Of a stretch of 32,000 nucleotides of DNA, positions 1 through 6,649 are shown piece after piece. Position 1 is the stretch's first letter, and every line of letters starts with the position of its first letter. The stretch comes from a bacterium (lineage in GTDB: Bacteria > Bacillota > Clostridia > TANB77 > RGIG9151), in assembly GCA_963635575.1 (NCBI GenBank), contig CAVHFU010000007.1, positions 14,229 through 46,228 on the forward strand. Direction: 5' to 3'. A program made the position numbers and the translations under genes. Under the pieces are notes generated by a model. It did not search any database and was not told where the DNA came from. It saw only the letters and a program-made list of their open reading frames with translations.

Positions 1-1
1 T

Positions 2-904
2 TATAACAAAAAGCATTTTGATTCTTTATCACAAGCAATAGACTATTTTTATACATATAAACTAGAAAACAGAAAAATAGAAAGTGCTAAAAACGAACTG
101 GCTCACACAGTTTCAAAATTAGTATCAAAATATGAAAAAACCCTTGAAATAGTTAATAAAAAAATCGAATCCACAAAAGATATGGAAAAATTAAAAATAG
201 AAGGAGAACTTCTAAGCTCAAATTTATATAAAGTAAAGCCATTTGATAAAGAAATTACACTAGATAACTATTACACAGGCTGTCCCATAACATTACAGTT
301 AAATCCTAATTTAACAGCATCACAAAATTTGCAAAACATATTTAAAAGATATAATAAATTAAAAAATACTTTAGTTGCCTGTTCAAAACAGAAAGAAGAA
401 TTAATCTCTGCCCTAAACTACTTTGAAAGTCTATTTTATGAAATACATACTCAAAAGTATATTGAAGATTTAGAAGAAATAAAATTAGAATTAATAGAAC
501 AAGGAATCATAAAAAAAGCATCGAAAAAACAAAAGGATATGCCTTCAAAACCACTAGAATTTGATGTTAGTAACTATAAAGTATTAATAGGGAAAAATAA
601 CATTCAAAATGATAAACTAACATTTCATATTGCATCAAAAACAGATATATGGTTTCACGTAAAAAACGCCCCAGGCTCTCATACTATATTACGTTTAAAC
701 AATATCGATATTGATAATGTTTCATATGAAACATTAAATCAAGTAGCCTCTCTTGCTGCATATCATAGTAAATTAAAAAATTCCCCTAAAGTTGAGGTTG
801 ATTATACATTAGTAAAAAACGTAAAAAAAATACCCGGTGCAAAACCGGGTATGGTAATATATGAAAATTACAAAACTCTATATGTAAAACCTCTCGATAG
901 TTGA
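2..904 (+). CDS. rqcH: RqcH/FbpA-family (NFACT) protein, C-terminal part; the 5' end lies outside the window
   Basis: The frame is open from nt 2, upstream of the Met at 182 listed in the ORF track. It carries a C-terminal NFACT-R/DUF814-like signature (DIWFHVKNAPGSHTILR, PGAKPGMVIY). TGA stop at 902-904. Confidence 0.7.
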   Translation, partial: YNKKHFDSLSQAIDYFYTYKLENRKIESAKNELAHTVSKLVSKYEKTLEIVNKKIESTKDMEKLKIEGELLSSNLYKVKPFDKEITLDNYYTGCPITLQLNPNLTASQNLQNIFKRYNKLKNTLVACSKQKEELISALNYFESLFYEIHTQKYIEDLEEIKLELIEQGIIKKASKKQKDMPSKPLEFDVSNYKVLIGKNNIQNDKLTFHIASKTDIWFHVKNAPGSHTILRLNNIDIDNVSYETLNQVASLAAYHSKLKNSPKVEVDYTLVKNVKKIPGAKPGMVIYENYKTLYVKPLDS

Positions 905-906
905 AT

Positions 907-3465
907 TTAACGCTTTGTCATCGAATTTACTGCAAACGCAACACCACCAATCGCTAAAAGGCCCATGCTTACTGCCGCGATAGGAAGTGCACTACTTTTT
1001 TTGGATGAACCTCCCGTTGGTTGATTTCCACCGCCTCCTGAAGATGATTGTTGTCCACTACTAGAAGAACTATTTCTTTCATAAACGTATATTCCTCTTT
1101 TTAACTCTCTCTCTACTTCATCTATCAAATCTTCATTTTCATATTTGGCTGTTGCCGTAATAATTAACTCTGCCGACTGTCCGTCAGTAACTGACACGCC
1201 TGTGACCTGTCCTTTTGCAAATCCATTTGAATCCGGAGAAGAAGCACCACTAGCAGTTATACCACCTATTCCCTCCCAAGTAAGCTGAATGTCCTCATAA
1301 TCAACCAAGTTTTTGCTCTCATAATACTCTTGCACTTCTTTTCTGTCAGCATTTCCATATCCATACTGTGATTTGCAAAGAACAGTTATTTCTTTTGTTT
1401 CTCCTGCTTCTATTGAATTAATTATATCTCCTGTAAATCTTAATATAAACTGTGCACGTTCTGGAGCTTCTTTAATTAATTCAATAGTTTCAAGCCTTTT
1501 TTCGCCAAAATTATTCTCAACAGTTATATCAACTTCTGTTCTAGTAGGTTGAATATATCCTTCTTTTAGCTCTACCGTTATTATACGTTCGTCGTCACGC
1601 TTTTCGAAATTAACATCAAAAGCCTCTCGTGCATACTCATCCTTAATATTCCATTTTAAGGTAATACAATTATTATCTTTTCTTCCTTCCGTCCATTTTA
1701 AATCATTGTCATAAACAGAACCATATCTTATTGCTAAGTCATCTTCCACTCCCGTTATAATAACATCAACTTCTGTTTCTTCGTCTTTAATAACGAAAAA
1801 TTGTGACTGCAAAACATCAATTCCAAAATCTCTTGAATGTATTTTTTGAGGTTCCGTCATACCGCTTCCTTGTTCATAATAACAAATAATACACATATTA
1901 ACTTCTTTATCATTATTATACTTCCACCTATGCTCAGCTTTTGTACCCGGGATACCTTCCTTATAATATTCGCATTCCGGATAGTAACATCTCCTTAAAT
2001 GGCCTGATTCCGGATCTTCAGGGTCAGGAAAATATCCATCTGTATTACAAACATGTCTTCTGTTTACGCTTCCAGCTCCTTGACCATTTACAGGTCCTGC
2101 CGGTTCATGTCCAGGTCCCTCAATCACTTCCTCTTTCTTCGGACTTGATGCCGGTTCAGGACTAGGGCTTTGACCAGGACTCTTAGTTGGACTTTTATCT
2201 GGACTTTGTTCAGGGCTTGTCTCTGGATTAGGACTAGATATTTGTATTGGGCTTTGTACTGGTTGTTGCGGACTCTGCACTGGTTGTTGTGGACTTTGTA
2301 CTGGCTGCTGACCCGAGCTTTGTGTCGGACTTTGTACAACACTAGTCTCAGATGGTATTATGTATATCATTATCTTAACATATTTCTTTACTTTATATAT
2401 CTCATCTTTAACTTTTATTCTATCTTCTTTTATCCCATCTTCAAATTCAGTAAGCTCTTCATCCGAGAATTCTTTATCCTCATTCTCTACTTGTTGCTTT
2501 AGGTATTGCAATTCATCCTTACTATATAATGTAGTGCTTAGCATTAATGATTTTTCAACTTTCTCTTCTATAATTCGTAATTTGTTGTTTAACCATATAT
2601 CTACATTAATAACATCACTAGACTCATTAATAGCCCTAAACGATATTTCATTTTCATCTTCCTTTTTAATACTAACTTTCAGTATGTCCTTGTCCCATTT
2701 AAAAGCATCAAAATCAACATATTGATTTATATTAACATCTTTTCCTTTTTCTTTATGAGTTACATTTATTTTTCCTGTCCCCTGTTCATTAACATGTAAC
2801 TTATACTCATCAGGTTCCACGGAAAATGCTAAATCTCCTACAACAACTACACATTTGGCACTATAAGTACCATACGTAACAGAAATAACCGCTATACCAT
2901 CTCTTAAAGTTTCAACATTTCCTTCATCATCTATCGTAACAACATTTGGCATACTAGACTTCCATTTATAACCACCTTCAATTTCTACATCTTCTGGAAC
3001 AAAAGTTGCAGTAAGTTTATCTTTATCTCCAACCTTATATTCTAGATACTCATATTCATTAATTTGTAATTTTGCGACATAGAGCTTATTACATAGCTTA
3101 AATTCACAATAGCCATCATTAGTATTTCCACCATAATGTTTTTGAATTTCAAATTTATATGGACAATCTGTTAATTTGCATCTATACCAATGATATGTTG
3201 AGTCAGATTCAACATAAGCAGTCTTTTGATGTTCTTCTTTTTCAAAAACATAGTCACAATCTTTATATGAACATTTATACCAATGATATGTATCATCAAC
3301 ATTTATATTTTCAACATCTAACCCATGCGTCTGGTATATCTCTCCGCACACTTCACACACACCACCATTTTCGTGGTTGCCGCCGGAATGTTGACATTCC
3401 GCAAAAGAAAAACTAAACATCATACAAATAGAAAATATAAAACCAAAAAACAATTTATTCTTCAC
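907..3465 (-). CDS. Large secreted or cell-surface protein with a signal peptide, His/Cys modules, a Big_2-like Ig domain, a Pro/Ser/Gln linker, a Ser/Gly stalk and a C-terminal hydrophobic anchor
   Basis: 852-codon ORF with a GTG start preceded by GAGGTGA. The N-terminal KNKLFFGFIFSICMMFSFSFA looks like a signal peptide. VVTIDDEGNVETLRDGIAVISVTYGTYSAKCVVVV resembles a Big_2 domain. The C-terminus (LPIAAVSMGLLAIGGVAFAVNSMTKR) is a hydrophobic segment with a basic tail. No canonical LPXTG motif is present. Confidence 0.8.
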   Translation of the reverse strand: MKNKLFFGFIFSICMMFSFSFAECQHSGGNHENGGVCEVCGEIYQTHGLDVENINVDDTYHWYKCSYKDCDYVFEKEEHQKTAYVESDSTYHWYRCKLTDCPYKFEIQKHYGGNTNDGYCEFKLCNKLYVAKLQINEYEYLEYKVGDKDKLTATFVPEDVEIEGGYKWKSSMPNVVTIDDEGNVETLRDGIAVISVTYGTYSAKCVVVVGDLAFSVEPDEYKLHVNEQGTGKINVTHKEKGKDVNINQYVDFDAFKWDKDILKVSIKKEDENEISFRAINESSDVINVDIWLNNKLRIIEEKVEKSLMLSTTLYSKDELQYLKQQVENEDKEFSDEELTEFEDGIKEDRIKVKDEIYKVKKYVKIMIYIIPSETSVVQSPTQSSGQQPVQSPQQPVQSPQQPVQSPIQISSPNPETSPEQSPDKSPTKSPGQSPSPEPASSPKKEEVIEGPGHEPAGPVNGQGAGSVNRRHVCNTDGYFPDPEDPESGHLRRCYYPECEYYKEGIPGTKAEHRWKYNNDKEVNMCIICYYEQGSGMTEPQKIHSRDFGIDVLQSQFFVIKDEETEVDVIITGVEDDLAIRYGSVYDNDLKWTEGRKDNNCITLKWNIKDEYAREAFDVNFEKRDDERIITVELKEGYIQPTRTEVDITVENNFGEKRLETIELIKEAPERAQFILRFTGDIINSIEAGETKEITVLCKSQYGYGNADRKEVQEYYESKNLVDYEDIQLTWEGIGGITASGASSPDSNGFAKGQVTGVSVTDGQSAELIITATAKYENEDLIDEVERELKRGIYVYERNSSSSSGQQSSSGGGGNQPTGGSSKKSSALPIAAVSMGLLAIGGVAFAVNSMTKR
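2249..2311 (-). repeat. In-frame 21-bp tandem repeat (3 copies plus degenerate flanking copies) encoding QQPVQSP units within the Pro/Ser/Gln-rich linker (about 2130-2345)
   Basis: Forward-strand units are gggctttgtactggttgttgc, ggactctgcactggttgttgt and ggactttgtactggctgctga. The protein reads QQPVQSPQQPVQSPQQPVQSP. Confidence 0.85.
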
Positions 3466-3495
3466 ACTATCACCTCATCCATACATTTATCGACC

Positions 3496-3535
3496 AAAAA
3501 AGAGTATAATATTAGCTCTATTATACTCTTTTTTT
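3496..3535. terminator. Bidirectional rho-independent terminator-like hairpin downstream of the DUF234 ATPase-like gene
   Basis: aaaaaagagtataat / loop attagctct / attatactctttttt. The stem is 15 bp, with an A-run on one side and a T-run on the other. Confidence 0.6.
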
Positions 3536-3562
3536 ACTATTTAATCAACATAATGTGTACTT

Positions 3563-4927
3563 TTATTTTTTAGAAAAGAAAAATCCAATTTTTTTAGATT
3601 TTACAAAACTATCACTTACCATTTCTGAAAAAGAAATAAGCCTCAAATCATTTCTTTCTTTTGCTAATATCATAAGTTCTTTTGAAAAACCGCTTTTAGA
3701 AAATAAATAATATTCTCTTTCTATAACATCTACATCTTTTGCCTTTGCTTCAAGTTTATTAAATTCATTAACACCAATTTCATCATCAGTCCAAAAACAA
3801 TCTGCAACAATAGCCTCTAATCCACTTCCCGCAATAATATCAATAGTTTCATCTTTATTCCACCAAACATTGTTTTCTTTAATATCTAGCTTTATCTTAT
3901 CTTCTTTCTTTAATTTATTAATATAATCCCTACATAAATCTGGAAATTTTGTTTTTAAATATAAATTCATATTTTTTTCGATTTTTTCTTCAAAAACCTT
4001 ATCACCATTATTTAAAGCAATATCACTCATATTATCAGGCACAAAATAATACCAAAAATCCATTACAGGATTACAAATCTTATATCTACTCTTTCTGGTA
4101 TCCTTTCCAAAGGCAGGTTTTATCTTTTCTATTATTCCCAAAGAAATCATAACTGTAATATATTTATTGCATATACTTGTTGGCATTCCAACATACTCAG
4201 AAATATCGTTTAACGTAGATGCACCCTTAGATACAGCCTCTAAAATAACATTATAAATTTGTGTTTCTCTAAGTTCTTTTTTTAATATTTTCTTTGGCTC
4301 AAAGTAAAAATACCCATTTGTATTAAAAAATCCATTAACAATATTGGTTCTTAAACTCTTAGTATAATCAATCTTATTTCTATATTCTTTTTTAGTTCCA
4401 AAAATAGCATAATATTTAAATTTATCCTCAGCAGACATGTTCTCATTTTGTTGTAAAGTATAAAAACTTTGTAATCTATTCAATTCTTTATTAGCTAAGT
4501 ACTTAACCAACTTACTTTTCTCAAATTTATTAGCAAAAGATGCGCTCCTAGAAGCAAATATCACCATATTATTAGTCTGTTTTAAGCCTTTTATCATTTT
4601 TTCTATTTTAGGAAAATCGCTATCATCAATAACCTCATCAATTCCCTCTATTATCCATATCATTCTGTTTCTTGCGTTACTTACAATATAACTGCAAATA
4701 TCCTCTAATGTACATTCTGTCTTTTTGCTTTCTTTATCCTCAAAAAACATATTCATCTCTTTATATAATCTATTTAAATTGTTCTGCTTTCCAAACTCAA
4801 GTGCAGAAAAGAAAAAAGCCTTTTTATTAACAATAAAATTCCTGATATCTTCTAATATGTTTTCACCATCATTCTCCTTTACAAAAATAAAAGAAAACTC
4901 ACCTTTTTCAAATTCATTTTGAAACAT
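3563..4927 (-). CDS. ATPase-like protein of the archaeal-ATPase/DUF234 family with a degenerate Walker A
   Basis: 454-aa ORF with RBS AGGGG upstream. The C-terminus is DUF234-like (IDIIAGSG...ADCFWTDDEIGVNEFNKLEAKAK...YYLFSKSGFS). A Walker B-like IWIIEGIDEV is present. Where GxxxxGKT is expected, the sequence reads FIFVKENDGENIL. Confidence 0.65.
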   Translation of the reverse strand: MFQNEFEKGEFSFIFVKENDGENILEDIRNFIVNKKAFFFSALEFGKQNNLNRLYKEMNMFFEDKESKKTECTLEDICSYIVSNARNRMIWIIEGIDEVIDDSDFPKIEKMIKGLKQTNNMVIFASRSASFANKFEKSKLVKYLANKELNRLQSFYTLQQNENMSAEDKFKYYAIFGTKKEYRNKIDYTKSLRTNIVNGFFNTNGYFYFEPKKILKKELRETQIYNVILEAVSKGASTLNDISEYVGMPTSICNKYITVMISLGIIEKIKPAFGKDTRKSRYKICNPVMDFWYYFVPDNMSDIALNNGDKVFEEKIEKNMNLYLKTKFPDLCRDYINKLKKEDKIKLDIKENNVWWNKDETIDIIAGSGLEAIVADCFWTDDEIGVNEFNKLEAKAKDVDVIEREYYLFSKSGFSKELMILAKERNDLRLISFSEMVSDSFVKSKKIGFFFSKK

Positions 4928-4961
4928 TTTTTACGCCCCTTAATTATAAACTTTTAAGTAT

Positions 4962-4990
4962 ATTATATTTAAGAAGTCGTACTCTGTCAA
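4962..4990 (-). promoter_or_regulatory. Consensus sigma-A type promoter for the DUF234 ATPase-like gene
   Basis: The minus strand reads TTGACA (4990-4985), then 17 nt, then TATAAT (4967-4962). This lies about 35 nt upstream of the ATG at 4927. Confidence 0.6.
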
Positions 4991-5010
4991 TGTTTCTAAG
5001 ACTTGTAAAA

Positions 5011-6090
5011 TTACTTTTTACTTCTCACATTAACTATTAATTCTTGCGTTTGACCATCTCTTAAAATTTTTATTCTCATCTTTTCCCCAATATTTTTAGA
5101 AAACAAAACACTTCTCATCTTACACAAAGTATCTACACTCAAATCATCTACAGAAAGGATTATATCTCCCTTCTTTATTCCCGCCTCAAACGCTGGGCTA
5201 TCATTATCAACAGAATATACATAAACTCCGGTATCTATTCTTATATTAGAACCAAAACTGGAAGTAATCGCTTTATCATAACCTAAAACCCCAAAATATG
5301 GTTCTATAAACTCTCCATTTTCTTTAATTTTCGCTATTATTGGTTTAACCTGATTAATTGGAATAGCAAAGCCAATTCCTTCTGCACTGGCTACCTTCAC
5401 AGTATTAATTCCTATTACTTCTCCTTTTCCATTCATAAGAGGACCACCACTATTGCCACTATTTATACTAGCATCTGTCTGAATTAAATCCTCCATATAG
5501 TTTCCATCCACTTCAATACTTCTATTAAGTCCACTAATTACACCCGATGTTAAAGTGCCTTGAAATTCAAATCCCAAAGGATTTCCAATAGCTATTGCTT
5601 TTTCACCAATTCTTAAGGTTTCTGAATCTCCTACCGTCGCAACAGGTAAGCCGGCAACATCAATTTTTACAATAGCTAAATCTAAATTTTTATTTGCCCA
5701 AACAGTTCTACCTTTTATAACTTCCCCACCATATAAAGTAACATATATGTCATCTTTTGAATTTCCTATAACATGATAATTAGTAACTATATATCCTTTA
5801 GAATCCAGGATACATCCGCTTCCTACGCTCCAGCTGTTATCTAGTATTTGAGCAATTTTATTTGCTGAATTTTGTTTAACTGCAATTCCAACAACACTAC
5901 TGGTAGGAACAACAGAACTATTCTCTTCATTAATAAATTCAACTTTTTTTTCATCATTACTTTCATAAGAAATATATTTTGGTTCTTCAATACTATTTCT
6001 CTTACTATTTACAATGTTATCTATCCCTACTAAAGCAAAAACAATAACTAAAACAGACGTTATTCCAGAAACCATTATAGACTTAAACAT
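5011..6090 (-). CDS. htrA: HtrA/DegP-family membrane-anchored serine protease (trypsin-like S1C domain plus PDZ)
   Basis: N-terminal TM segment. Catalytic-triad context NYHVI / DLAIVKI / GNSGGPL. C-terminal PDZ-like region (GIKKGDIILSVD). Confidence 0.9.
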   Translation of the reverse strand: MFKSIMVSGITSVLVIVFALVGIDNIVNSKRNSIEEPKYISYESNDEKKVEFINEENSSVVPTSSVVGIAVKQNSANKIAQILDNSWSVGSGCILDSKGYIVTNYHVIGNSKDDIYVTLYGGEVIKGRTVWANKNLDLAIVKIDVAGLPVATVGDSETLRIGEKAIAIGNPLGFEFQGTLTSGVISGLNRSIEVDGNYMEDLIQTDASINSGNSGGPLMNGKGEVIGINTVKVASAEGIGFAIPINQVKPIIAKIKENGEFIEPYFGVLGYDKAITSSFGSNIRIDTGVYVYSVDNDSPAFEAGIKKGDIILSVDDLSVDTLCKMRSVLFSKNIGEKMRIKILRDGQTQELIVNVRSKK

Positions 6091-6181
6091 ACCATTATCA
6101 TTCCTTTTTTTATTTTAGTATGGCTTTTTAAGGAAAAATAATGTATAATATTTATAGTATTTTTTGAAAGGCGTTGATAAT

Positions 6182-6277
6182 ATGAATATAAATACTCTAA
6201 AAAAAGTTTTACTCTACTTAGCCTATTTTGCACTTTTTTATTTTGCAATAAAATTGCTTCTTTCTTTATTCATTTAA
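6182..6277 (+). CDS. Candidate 31-aa hydrophobic peptide (MNINTLKKVLLYLAYFALFYFAIKLLLSLFI)
   Basis: Too short for the ORF track. An extended -10 (TGTATAAT, 6142-6149) sits upstream, GAAAGG lies about 9 nt before the ATG, and a terminator hairpin starts 7 nt after the TAA. The peptide has a single predicted TM helix. Confidence 0.3.
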   Translation: MNINTLKKVLLYLAYFALFYFAIKLLLSLFI

Positions 6278-6283
6278 AACCTT

Positions 6284-6308
6284 AAAACACAGGTGTATCC
6301 TGTGTTTT
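6284..6308. terminator. Bidirectional terminator hairpin shared by two convergent small loci
   Basis: aaaacacagg / loop tgtat / cctgtgtttt. The stem is a perfect 10 bp, with T-rich tracts following on both strands. Confidence 0.65.
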
Positions 6309-6311
6309 ATT

Positions 6312-6563
6312 TTACCATCGATACCTTGAATATCTATTCACCCAACTGCATCTACAACATCTTGTCATATCTCTAATCATCCAAAACATCCACGGAGATA
6401 TAAAATTATTGCATCCACAGCAGTTATTCCTAAAACATTGTCCCCTATTACATCCTCAACACCCATTAAATCCACAATTCCTATTGCAATTACAGCAATT
6501 TCTCCTACAACAAAAATTATTCCAGCCGTAGTTACAATTTCTTTGACAACCCATACATCTCAT
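6312..6563 (-). other. Small-ORF locus with an ambiguous reading frame. Frame A is a Cys/Asn/Arg-rich ORF with one in-frame TGA. Frame B (+1) is a 60-codon Val/Ile/Gly-rich open frame without a start codon. It may be a small gene, a recoded gene or a pseudogene.
   Basis: AAGGGGTGAAAAAATG (ATG at 6563-6561) opens MRCMGCQRNCNYGWNNFCCRRNCCNCNRNCGFNGC, ending at TGA 6458-6456. The same frame then stays open for 47 more codons to TAA at 6314-6312, directly abutting the terminator. The +1 frame (6559-6380) has the better codon-position signature. Confidence 0.35.
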
Positions 6564-6597
6564 TTTTTCACCCCTTATATAGTTTATGAACTGAGGT

Positions 6598-6632
6598 AAA
6601 AAAAGGATACACCCGCAAACACGGATGTATCC
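6598..6632 (-). terminator. Rho-independent terminator of the hydrogenase operon
   Basis: The minus strand reads GGATACATCCG / loop tgtttg / CGGGTGTATCC (one mismatch or wobble), followed by TTTTTTT. It starts about 18 nt after the hydA stop. Confidence 0.6.
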
Positions 6633-6649
6633 CCAATTCTAGTATTTTA

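Noticed and set aside
902-909. Convergent rqcH and surface-protein genes whose stop codons are only 2 nt apart, with no terminator.
   Set aside because: The observation is real, but tight convergent packing is common. There is nothing further to test from the sequence alone.
1941-2725. Overlapping ORFs in alternative frames of the surface-protein gene (1941-2165, 2124-2342, 2170-2502, 2360-2725, 3159-3416, 3325-3573).
   Set aside because: They are by-products of the tandem repeat and low-complexity sequence. They have no RBS and implausible compositions (Leu/Tyr/Trp/Arg repeats).
6312-6563. Genome-wide TGA reassignment (genetic code 4 or 25) as an explanation for the in-frame TGAs in the small locus.
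   Set aside because: TGA clearly terminates well-defined genes in this window (rqcH at 902-904, the carboxypeptidase gene at 20443-20445, rsmG at 28693-28695). The standard code therefore applies, and only local recoding or a frameshift remains possible.
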